Positions 56,078 through 64,000 of a DNA stretch of 64,000 nucleotides are shown here, piece by piece. Location: positions 96,001 to 160,000 of the forward strand of contig CAWAAX010000004.1 in assembly GCA_963780225.1 (NCBI GenBank), written 5' to 3'. A program made the position numbers and the translations under genes. The notes below the pieces were generated by a model, which saw nothing but the letters and a program-made list of their open reading frames with translations, was not told where the DNA came from and did not search any database. Every line of letters begins with the position of its first letter. Positions within the stretch are counted from its first letter, which is position 1. The DNA is from an uncultured bacterium (GTDB taxonomy: Bacteria > Edwardsbacteria > AC1 > EtOH8).

Positions 56078-56140
56078 TTGACAGGATTAACATGATTTCC
56101 CGGAATTGATCTTAAATAACAATCCGGCAGATCCTGTCAA
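56078..56140. repeat. Inverted repeat with nonamer-like arms
   Basis: ttgacaggat(taacatgat)...(aatccggcag)atcctgtcaa. Confidence 0.7.
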
Positions 56141-56219
56141 AAAAAGCCAGACCTTAACAAACCTGGGAAAATATTTCTACACCATCAAGTCTTTTTGATA
56201 CTTTGGAGATAGCACACAA

Positions 56220-56645
56220 ATGTTGATGCCAAAAAGGGTAAAACACCGTAAACAGCACCGGGGGCGCATGACCGGGACGGCCAGCCGGGGCCAGTTCGTG
56301 GAATTCGGAGATCAGGGGCTGATGGCCACCGAATCCGCCTGGATCACCGACCGCCAGATAGAATCCGCCCGGGTGGCCTTGACCCGCTTCACCAAAAAGG
56401 GCGGCCGGGTATGGATCCGGATCTTCCCCGACCATCCGTCCACCAAGAAACCGGCCGAGACCCGGATGGGAAAGGGCAAGGGCGCCCCGGACCACTGGGT
56501 GGCGGTGATCAAGCCGGGCCGGGTGATGTTCGAGATCGGCGGCATTCCCCCGGAATCAGCCAAGAAGGCCCTGGGCCTGGCTTCCCACAAACTGCCCATT
56601 AAAACCAAGATCGTCGAGCGCGATCGCACCATAAAGGTAATATAA
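56220..56645 (+). CDS. rplP: 50S ribosomal protein L16
   Basis: [23 protein letters not shown]. Confidence 0.98.
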   Translation: MLMPKRVKHRKQHRGRMTGTASRGQFVEFGDQGLMATESAWITDRQIESARVALTRFTKKGGRVWIRIFPDHPSTKKPAETRMGKGKGAPDHWVAVIKPGRVMFEIGGIPPESAKKALGLASHKLPIKTKIVERDRTIKVI

Positions 56646-56646
56646 C

Positions 56647-56874
56647 ATGGCCAAGGTAAAAGAACTTCGCCAAATGACCCGGGCCGAGGTGGAACAAAAG
56701 CTCAAGGAAGAAGGGCAGAACCTTTTTCATCTGACCATCCGCCATTCCACCCAGGGGCTGCCCAAGCCCACCGAGCTCAAAAAATCCCGCCGCCAGGTGG
56801 CCCGCCTCAAGACCGTGCTTCAGGAAGACAAGCTGGGCAAATCCAAGCTGGCCTCGGGCGCCAAGACCGCATAA
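56647..56874 (+). CDS. rpmC: 50S ribosomal protein L29
   Basis: ELRQMT...[10 protein letters not shown]; position in the S10 operon. Confidence 0.92.
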   Translation: MAKVKELRQMTRAEVEQKLKEEGQNLFHLTIRHSTQGLPKPTELKKSRRQVARLKTVLQEDKLGKSKLASGAKTA

Positions 56875-56897
56875 TATCCAGCAATTTTAGGAGTTTT

Positions 56898-57155
56898 ATG
56901 ACCGAGAGAAATTTACGCAAGGAACGGACCGGCAAGGTCACCAGCAACAAGATGACCAAGACCATCGTGGTGGCGGTGGAGCGCAAGTTCAAGGACCCGT
57001 TTTACGGCAAGGTGGTAAAGCGGACCAGCAAACTGATGGCTCACGACGAGAAGAGCGAGGCCAAAGAGGGCGACACCGTCCGGATAGTGGAGACCAGGCC
57101 GCTCTCCAAGTGCAAGCGCTGGCGTTTGGACGGGGTCATCAGCAAAGCCAAGTAA
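56898..57155 (+). CDS. rpsQ: 30S ribosomal protein S17
   Basis: [21 protein letters not shown]. Confidence 0.97.
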   Translation: MTERNLRKERTGKVTSNKMTKTIVVAVERKFKDPFYGKVVKRTSKLMAHDEKSEAKEGDTVRIVETRPLSKCKRWRLDGVISKAK

Positions 57156-57213
57156 GGTTCCAGGGGTCTTTAAAAGCAATCAATAAAATCAACAGGCAAC
57201 AAGGTGGGTTGAA

Positions 57214-57582
57214 ATGATACAGCAATACAGCAGACTGACCGTGGCCGACAATACCGGAGCCCGCAAATGCATGTGCATCCAGGTGATGGGCGGACACACC
57301 CGGCGCTACGGCAGCATCGGGGACATAATCAAGATCGCCATCAAGGACGTGCTCCCCGGCGGCAGCATCAAGAAGGGCGAAGTGGCCCGGGCGGTGGTGG
57401 TCCGCACCAGGAAGGAAGTGCGGCGCCGGGATGGCTCCTACATCCGGTTCGACGAGAATGCCGCGGTGATCATCGACGACAAGAACGAACCCAAGGGCAC
57501 CCGCATCTTCGGGCCGGTGGGCCGCGAACTCCGGGAGAAGCTGTTCCTGAAAATAGTATCTTTGGCCCCCGAGGTGATATAA
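57214..57582 (+). CDS. rplN: 50S ribosomal protein L14
   Basis: [24 protein letters not shown]. Confidence 0.98.
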   Translation: MIQQYSRLTVADNTGARKCMCIQVMGGHTRRYGSIGDIIKIAIKDVLPGGSIKKGEVARAVVVRTRKEVRRRDGSYIRFDENAAVIIDDKNEPKGTRIFGPVGRELREKLFLKIVSLAPEVI

Positions 57583-57591
57583 GGAAATAAT

Positions 57592-57909
57592 ATGAAGATA
57601 AAGAAGAACGACACGGTAGTGGTGATAGCCGGAAAGGCCAAGGGCAAACGGGGCAAGGTGCTCAAACTCTTCCCCGAGAAGAGCCGGGCCATTGTGGAGG
57701 GCGTCCAGTTCATCAAGCGGCACACCAAGCCCCGCAAGCAGGGACAGAAGGCCGGGATCCTGGAAAAGGAGGCCCCGGTGGCCGTCTCCAACCTGATGGT
57801 GGTCTGCGCCAAGTGCAACAAGGGGGTCCGGGTGGGCGCCCGGGTGCTGGCCGACGGAAAACGTTCCCGGGTCTGCCAGTCCTGCGGCGAGATGCTGGAC
57901 AAAGCCTAA
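57592..57909 (+). CDS. rplX: 50S ribosomal protein L24
   Basis: [22 protein letters not shown]. Confidence 0.97.
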   Translation: MKIKKNDTVVVIAGKAKGKRGKVLKLFPEKSRAIVEGVQFIKRHTKPRKQGQKAGILEKEAPVAVSNLMVVCAKCNKGVRVGARVLADGKRSRVCQSCGEMLDKA

Positions 57910-58083
57910 TTATTTAGCCACCCTTCTATACATCAGGGTAAACTCCGACACAAAGGCTCCAAACTATATTAATAAATTGAACATTAAATTTGTGTCTTGG
58001 TGACTTGGTGTCAGAGTAATTACATAATCGTAAACCCAAAATCAAAAACAAAACGCAAAAGTAAAATTTTGCTTGAGTGAGAA

Positions 58084-58623
58084 ATGGCGCGTTTAAAAGA
58101 AAAATACCAAAAGGAAGTTAAGCCGGCCCTGATCAAGAAATTCGGCTACAAGAGCCCGATGCAGGCTCCGGCCCTTTCCAAGATCGTGGTCAACATGGGC
58201 CTGGGCGAGGGCATCCTGGACCCCAAAATAGTGGAGGCTGCGGCCAAGGACCTGGGGACCATCACCGGGCAGAAGCCCTCCATCCGCAAATCCAAGAAAT
58301 CCATTGCCAACTTCAAGCTGCGGGCCGGCCTGGCCATCGGGGCCATGGTCACCCTGCGGGGCGACACCATGTACGAGTTCTTTGACCGGATGGTCAATGT
58401 GGCCATGCCCCGGATCCGCGATTTCAAGGGGATGCCGGCCAAATCCTTCGATGGCCGGGGGAACTACACCATGGGCATCAAGGAACAGATCATCTTTCCC
58501 GAGATCAACTACGACAAGATATCCAAGATAGTGGGCATGGACATCACCTTTGTGACCACCGCCAAAAGCGACGAAGAGGGCAAGGAACTGCTGAGCCTGA
58601 TGGGAATGCCTTTCCAGAAATAA
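58084..58623 (+). CDS. rplE: 50S ribosomal protein L5
   Basis: [21 protein letters not shown]. Confidence 0.98.
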   Translation: MARLKEKYQKEVKPALIKKFGYKSPMQAPALSKIVVNMGLGEGILDPKIVEAAAKDLGTITGQKPSIRKSKKSIANFKLRAGLAIGAMVTLRGDTMYEFFDRMVNVAMPRIRDFKGMPAKSFDGRGNYTMGIKEQIIFPEINYDKISKIVGMDITFVTTAKSDEEGKELLSLMGMPFQK

Positions 58624-58667
58624 GCATCAAGTCCAATATTTTTTAACAAAAAGGATATTCAAGTTCT

Positions 58668-58850
58668 ATGGCCAGAAAGGCGATGATTCAAAAGGCTGAA
58701 CGGCCGAAGTTCAAAGTCCGGCACCACAGCCGGTGCCGCCGCTGCGGAAGGTCACGGGCGTTCTACCGGGACTTCGGCATCTGCCGGATTTGCCTGCGGG
58801 AAATGACACTCAGGGGCGAGATCCCCGGAATGGTCAAGGCCAGCTGGTAG
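58668..58850 (+). CDS. rpsN: 30S ribosomal protein S14 (Zn-binding type Z)
   Basis: RCRRCGR...GICRIC...PGMVKASW. Confidence 0.96.
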   Translation: MARKAMIQKAERPKFKVRHHSRCRRCGRSRAFYRDFGICRICLREMTLRGEIPGMVKASW

Positions 58851-58915
58851 GGATCAAAATTGGTCCTTAAGCCGTTACCAAGATTTACAAGAGCATTTTT
58901 AGGAGATAATACAAG

Positions 58916-59314
58916 ATGTCGATGACCGATCCCATTGCCGATATGCTGACCAGGATCCGCAATGCCGGGAAAGCCAAGATGAAGAGGACGGATATACCGG
59001 CCTCCAAAATGAAGCTGGCGATCACCAAGATCCTTTTGCGGGAGCGCCTGATCGCCAATTTCAAGTACATCGCCGACGGCAAGCAGAACGTGATCCGCGC
59101 TTACCTGCGCTACGATGATGAGGGAAAGCATTTGATCAAGGGCCTGGTGCGCCGCAGCACCCCGGGCTTAAGGGTCTACGCCCCCAAGGACAAGCTGCCC
59201 CGGGTCCGCAGCGGAATGGGGCTGGCCATCATCTCCACCTCCAAGGGCCTGATGACCGACCGGGAGGCCCGCAAGAACAAGCTGGGCGGCGAGGTGGTCT
59301 GCTACCTGTGGTAA
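58916..59314 (+). CDS. rpsH: 30S ribosomal protein S8
   Basis: TDPIADMLTRIRNA, STSKGLMTD, GGEV. Confidence 0.98.
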   Translation: MSMTDPIADMLTRIRNAGKAKMKRTDIPASKMKLAITKILLRERLIANFKYIADGKQNVIRAYLRYDDEGKHLIKGLVRRSTPGLRVYAPKDKLPRVRSGMGLAIISTSKGLMTDREARKNKLGGEVVCYLW

Positions 59315-59372
59315 ATAACCTACCTGGTTTCTTAATAAGTTTTATCTACATTGAGTTAAGGAGATATATAAA

Positions 59373-59957
59373 GTGTCGCGGATAGGCAGAAAGCCAATAG
59401 AGATCCCCCAGGGGGTAAAGACCGAAGTGTCCGGCCAGAAGGTAAAGGTGACCGGGCCCAAGGGAACCCTGGAGCTGGAGATCCATCCCAACATGAAGCT
59501 GGAGCTCAAGGACGGCGTCCTGACCGTGATCCGGCCCTCGGACGAGAAGTTCGACCGGTCCCTGCACGGCCTGACCCGGGCCCTGGTGTTCAACGCGGTC
59601 ACCGGGGTCAGCCAGGGTTTCACCAAGGTGCTTCAGATCTACGGCATCGGGTACAAGGCCATCAAGGAGCCCAAGGGCCTGACCCTGAACCTGGGATTTT
59701 CCCACCCCATCAACCTGGAGGCCCCCAAGGGCATCGAGTTCGACATCACCGATGAGCCGGGCCTGAAGGTGCTGGACAAGACCTACCAGAGCAGCCTGGT
59801 GGTCAAGGGCATAGACAAGCAGCTGGTGGGCGAAGTGGCCGCCACCATCAGACGATTCCGCCGGCCGGAGCCGTACCAAGGCAAGGGCATCCGCTACCAG
59901 GGCGAGCACATCCGGCGCAAGGCCGGCAAGACCGCGGCCGGAGCAGCCGGGTCCTGA
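59373..59957 (+). CDS. rplF: 50S ribosomal protein L6
   Basis: [19 protein letters not shown]. Confidence 0.97.
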   Translation: MSRIGRKPIEIPQGVKTEVSGQKVKVTGPKGTLELEIHPNMKLELKDGVLTVIRPSDEKFDRSLHGLTRALVFNAVTGVSQGFTKVLQIYGIGYKAIKEPKGLTLNLGFSHPINLEAPKGIEFDITDEPGLKVLDKTYQSSLVVKGIDKQLVGEVAATIRRFRRPEPYQGKGIRYQGEHIRRKAGKTAAGAAGS

Positions 59958-60016
59958 TAAAGGTCGAACCAATCCCGGGAAATATTTTCATAAAAGCAAA
60001 AATAGGTATTATACAA

Positions 60017-60370
60017 ATGGCAGACAAGGCAAAAGAAATAAGAGACGCCCGCCTCAGGCGGCATGTACGGATCCGGCGCAAGGTTCAGGGCACGCCCGAA
60101 CGGCCCCGGCTCTGCGTCTTCCGCAGCAACAAGTTCATTTATGCCCAGGTGATAGACGACACCAAGCATGCGGTGCTGGCGGCCTCCGGCAAGATGGAGG
60201 GCCTGGAAAAAGGCAAGCTGGCCCAGAGCAAGCAGGTGGGCAAAAAGATCGCCCAGCTGGCTTTGGCCAAGGGCATCAAGCAGGTGGTGTTCGACCGGGG
60301 CGGATACATTTATCACGGCAGGATCAAGGCGCTGGCCGAGTCGGCCAGAGAAGCCGGGTTGCAATTCTAA
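60017..60370 (+). CDS. rplR: 50S ribosomal protein L18
   Basis: [23 protein letters not shown]. Confidence 0.97.
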   Translation: MADKAKEIRDARLRRHVRIRRKVQGTPERPRLCVFRSNKFIYAQVIDDTKHAVLAASGKMEGLEKGKLAQSKQVGKKIAQLALAKGIKQVVFDRGGYIYHGRIKALAESAREAGLQF

Positions 60371-60394
60371 AAAATATTTGGGAGATTAAGACCA

Positions 60395-60979
60395 GTGGCA
60401 AGGATCAACTTGAATGGTTTGGGCGAGCTCAAGGAGCAGGTGGTCCATATCAACCGGGTGGCCAAGGTGGTAAAGGGCGGCAAGCGCTTCGGTTTTACCG
60501 CGTTGGTGACGGTGGGTGATGGAAACGGTCATGTGGGGATCGGCAAGGGAAAGGCCCGCGAAGTTTCCGAGGCCATCCGCAAGGCCAATGAGGACGCCAA
60601 GAAAAGCCTTAAAAAATATTCGGTGGTCGACGGCAAGATTCCCTACATGGTGATGGGCAAATACGGCGCCAGCGAAGTGGTCTTAAGGCCGGCCGCCACC
60701 GGAACCGGCGTGATCGCCGGCAACGTAGTGCGCTCGGTGCTGGAGGTCTGCGGCGTCACCGACATCCTGACCAAGAGCCTGGGCTCCAACAATCCCCACA
60801 ATCTTTTAAAGGCCACCATCGACGGGCTGTCCCAGCTGCGCCAGCCGGCCGAGATCATGGAAGAGCGCAACCGGGGCAAGGCCGGCGCCGTCCCAGCTGC
60901 GGCCCCCGAGGCCAAACCGCAGGCGGCCGAAGAGCCGAAACCGGAAGCCCCGGCCGCAGAAACACCGGCCGCAGTCTGA
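60395..60979 (+). CDS. rpsE: 30S ribosomal protein S5 with C-terminal Ala/Pro/Glu tail
   Basis: [28 protein letters not shown]. Confidence 0.97.
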   Translation: MARINLNGLGELKEQVVHINRVAKVVKGGKRFGFTALVTVGDGNGHVGIGKGKAREVSEAIRKANEDAKKSLKKYSVVDGKIPYMVMGKYGASEVVLRPAATGTGVIAGNVVRSVLEVCGVTDILTKSLGSNNPHNLLKATIDGLSQLRQPAEIMEERNRGKAGAVPAAAPEAKPQAAEEPKPEAPAAETPAAV

Positions 60980-61044
60980 CCGCGCGGCAGTCTTAAGCCA
61001 ACAGTCTTTCATCATACCGCATACCGCCATAAAGGAAAATTAAC

Positions 61045-61251
61045 GTGCCCAAAAAAATATTACGAATAACTCAGGTGCACTCCACCATCGACCGGACCGA
61101 AGTCCAGTACCGGACCATCAAGGCTTTGGGTATCCGCAAGCTTTATCACACGGTGGAGAAGACCGACACTCCGCAGATCCGGGGGATGGTAAAAAAGGTG
61201 GAGCATTTGCTAAAAGTTGAGGAGATTCAAGAAGGAGGCAGCCGCAAATGA
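61045..61251 (+). CDS. rpmD: 50S ribosomal protein L30
   Basis: ITQVHSTI, DTPQIRGMVKKVEHL. Confidence 0.93.
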   Translation: MPKKILRITQVHSTIDRTEVQYRTIKALGIRKLYHTVEKTDTPQIRGMVKKVEHLLKVEEIQEGGSRK

Positions 61252-61715
61252 AACTGGATCAGATCAAGCCCAACAAGGGATCGGTCAAAAAAGCCAAGCG
61301 GAGAGGCTGCGGCACCGGGTCGGGCCACGGCGGCACTTCCACCAAGGGCCACAAGGGCCAGAAATCACGGGCCGGCTCCGGGGCCAGGGTCCCCTCCTGG
61401 TTCGAGGGCGGCCAGATGCCGTTGCAGCGCCGCCTGCCCAAGCGCGGCTTCACGGCTTTCGACAAGAAGACATTCCAGGTGGTAAACCTGACGGCGCTGG
61501 AGACCCAGGAAAAAGAGGTCACCCCCGAATCCATGTTCACCCTGGGCCTGGTCCGGAAGAAGAACCAGCCGGTCAAGATCCTGGGCAAGGGAGAACTCAA
61601 GAAAGCGCTGACGGTGAAAGCCCATGCCTTTTCGGCCTCGGCCCAGAAGTCCATCGAGGCCGCCGGGGGAAAGATCGAAGTGCTGAAAGTGCTCAGCAGC
61701 CACCGGACCGAATAA
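61248..61715 (+). CDS. rplO: 50S ribosomal protein L15
   Basis: GHKGQKSR, FEGGQMPLQRRLPKRGF. Confidence 0.98.
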   Translation: MKLDQIKPNKGSVKKAKRRGCGTGSGHGGTSTKGHKGQKSRAGSGARVPSWFEGGQMPLQRRLPKRGFTAFDKKTFQVVNLTALETQEKEVTPESMFTLGLVRKKNQPVKILGKGELKKALTVKAHAFSASAQKSIEAAGGKIEVLKVLSSHRTE

Positions 61716-61745
61716 AAGACTATAATTTAAATTTGGATGCTGACG

Positions 61746-63060
61746 ATGTGGGAGAAAATCCAGAATATATTCCGGATCCCTGAACTGAGGCGGAGGATAC
61801 TCTTTACCCTGGGGATACTGGTGGTCTACCGGATCGGGGGGCATCTGCCCACCGCCGGGATTGACACCCAGGCCCTGGCCGAGTTCTTCCGGGCCCAGCG
61901 GGGCACCCTGTTCTCGATGTACGATCTGTTCGTGGGCGGCAACCTCTCCCGGGCCACCATCTTTGCCCTGGGGATCATGCCCTACATTTCGGCCTCCATC
62001 ATCATGCAGCTTTTGGGCGCGGTGATCCCGTTCCTGGAAAAACTGCAGAAGGAAGGCGAGCAGGGCCGCAAGAAGATCACCCAGTACACCCGCTATGCCA
62101 CCGTGGTGCTGGCCCTGTTCCAGTCCTACGGCATCTCCATATTCCTGGAATCCCTGGCCCCCAACGGCCTGGCGGTGGTGCCCAATCCCGGCTTCGGGTT
62201 CCGGATCCTGACCATGATCACCATGACCGCCGGCACCATCTTCGTGATGTGGCTGGGGGAAAAGATAACCGAGTTCGGCATCGGCAACGGCATCTCCATG
62301 ATCATCTTCGTGGGCTGCCTGGACAACATTCCCGGCAACGTGATCAGCACCTATCACTTCTTTCCGGGGCGGCGAGCTCAACATCCTGGTGCTGGCCTTC
62401 ATCGCCCTTCTGATGGTGGGGGTCACCGCCATCGTGGTGCTGATGACCCAGGGTTCCCGCAAGATCCCGGTGCAGTACGCCAAGAGGATAGTGGGCCGCA
62501 AGGTCTACGGCGGCCAGAGCACCTACATCCCGCTGGGCTTCAACACCGCCGGTGTCATCCCGATCATCTTCGCCCAGAGCGTGCTGGCCTTTCCCATGAC
62601 CATCGTCACCTACATCAAGGCCGACTGGGCCCAGGGCCTGGCCGGGCTGTTCGCCACCGGCTCCTGGCTCTACAATCTGCTCTACGCCTTTCTGATCATC
62701 GCCTTCGCTTATTTTTACACCGCCATCGTCATCAATCCGGCCGACCTGGCCGACAACATGAAGAAGTACGGCGGGTTCATTCCCGGGATCAGGCCCGGCA
62801 CCAAGACCGCGGAATACATCGAGCGGATCCTGACCCACATCACCCTGCCCGGCGCGGTGTTTTATGCGGCCATCGCCATCCTGCCCACCTTCCTGATGAG
62901 GGCCTTTCACGTTCCGTTCTACTTCGGCGGCACCACCCTGCTGATCATCGTGGGCGTGGCCCTGGACACCCTGCAGCAGATAGAATCCCATTTGCTGATG
63001 CGCCATTACGAGGGCTTCATCAAAAAGGGAAAGATCTCGGGCCGGACCGGGCGGATGTAA
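61746..63060 (+). CDS. secY: Preprotein translocase SecY, split by one extra base near 62357-62370
   Basis: N-half (IFALGIMPYISASII, GIGNGISMII) is in ORF 61737; C-half (AGVIPIIFA, GGFIPGIRPG, FYFGGTTLLIIVGV) is in ORF 62389-63060, +1 frame. Confidence 0.93.
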
Positions 63061-63184
63061 TTGCTGGTCCCGAGAAAATGAATTTATAAGGAAGCCAGGA
63101 AAACAGGAAAATATATTGGTTAGCTGGCGTTGATTACAGGAGCTATTGTTTTCTTTAACCCCCGGCGAAAGTTGTGATGCTAAT

Positions 63185-63835
63185 ATGAGACTGGTCCTTT
63201 TAGGCGCCCCCGGTTCCGGCAAGGGAACCCAGGCCAAGCAGATCTGCCAGAAATTCGGCCTGCCCCACATTTCCACCGGCGACATCCTGCGGCAGGCGGT
63301 CAAGGACGGAACCCCGCTGGGCCTGAAAGCCAAGGGGTTCATGGACCGGGGAGAACTGGTTCCCGACCACCTGATCCTGGACCTGATCAAAGAGCGCTTC
63401 AAGTCACCGGATGCCCAACAGGGATTTTTGCTGGACGGTTTTCCCCGGACGGTGGCCCAGGCCCAGGGCTTGGAAGACTCTCTGACACAGCAGAACCTGA
63501 AGATTGATATAGCTTGTTCTTTAAATGTGGAGCGGGAGGAGCTGATAAAACGGCTGACCTCCAGAAGGATCTGCTCCGGCTGCGGGGCCATCTATAACCT
63601 GCTCTTCCAGTCCCCCGTAAAAGAAGGGATCTGCGACAAGTGCGGAGGCAAACTGGAGCAAAGGGTGGACGACCAGCGACAGACCGCGGAGAACCGGCTG
63701 GAAGTGTATCTTAAGCAGACCCAGCCCCTGCTGGAGTACTACGACTCCCGGAAACTGCTCAAGCAAATAGACGGCAATGCCGCGCCCGGCAAAGTATTTC
63801 AGGATGTCAGCGCCGTGCTGCAGGAATATAAATGA
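63185..63835 (+). CDS. adk: Adenylate kinase (Zn-LID type)
   Basis: LLGAPGSGKGTQA, HISTGD, LDGFPRT, CSGC...CDKC. Confidence 0.97.
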   Translation: MRLVLLGAPGSGKGTQAKQICQKFGLPHISTGDILRQAVKDGTPLGLKAKGFMDRGELVPDHLILDLIKERFKSPDAQQGFLLDGFPRTVAQAQGLEDSLTQQNLKIDIACSLNVEREELIKRLTSRRICSGCGAIYNLLFQSPVKEGICDKCGGKLEQRVDDQRQTAENRLEVYLKQTQPLLEYYDSRKLLKQIDGNAAPGKVFQDVSAVLQEYK

Positions 63836-64000
63836 TCGCCATCCGCCAGGCTTGGGAGATCGAGCGGATCAGGTCGGCCGGACAGGTGATCGCCGGTCTT
63901 TGGAAGGTTCTGGGCCCCAAGGTCAGACCGGGAACGGCCACCTCCGAGCTGGACAAACTGGCCTACGACTTCATAATCGACAACCAGGCGGCGCCGGCCT
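63832..64000 (+). CDS. map: Type I methionine aminopeptidase, 3'-truncated
   Basis: Manual translation MIAIRQAWEIERIRSAGQVIA...VRPGTATSELDKLAYDFI; follows adk with an ATGA overlap. Confidence 0.85.
   Translation, partial: MIAIRQAWEIERIRSAGQVIAGLWKVLGPKVRPGTATSELDKLAYDFIIDNQAAPA

Noticed and set aside
62360..63089. Novel C-terminal domain on the 450-aa SecY ORF
   Set aside because: It is the out-of-frame read-through after the frameshift; the true SecY C-half is in the +1 frame.

Overview
Bacterial chromosomal window, GC-rich in core genes, with every credible gene on the + strand. 1-29 kb is mixed housekeeping and metabolism: a 5'-truncated tandem-MCP/family-5 solute-binding fusion, rluD, an OmpA-domain outer-membrane protein, two sugar-nucleotidyltransferase-type genes, a small AT-richer islet (M23 peptidase, ASCH, nucleoside phosphorylase), lysS, lolC/E, a HEAT-repeat protein, a DUF559 nuclease, typA, CDF and MATE transporters, rlmI, etfB/etfA, Na+-decarboxylase gamma/beta subunits and a PLP trans-sulfuration enzyme. 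29-64 kb is the translation/transcription supercluster: tRNA-Arg, tRNA-Thr, tuf, rpmG, tRNA-Trp, secE, nusG, rplKAJL, rpoBC, then str, S10 and spc genes through secY, adk and a partial map. The rpoC-rpsL junction is interrupted by an integrase-free ~4.5 kb island. It carries a BRO-N gene bracketed by a 67-bp duplication of the rpoC 3' end plus a related hairpin, followed by an AT-rich BsuBI/PstI-like type II restriction-modification pair. Intergenic spaces are densely filled with several families of REP-like hairpins and 7-9-nt tandem repeats, some nested inside each other and one inside the putative L1 operator. Two single-base frameshifts (secY and the HEAT gene) are probably sequence errors. 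Gene content suggests a diderm anaerobe (inference); no taxon is assigned. All family assignments come from motif recognition, not from database searches.
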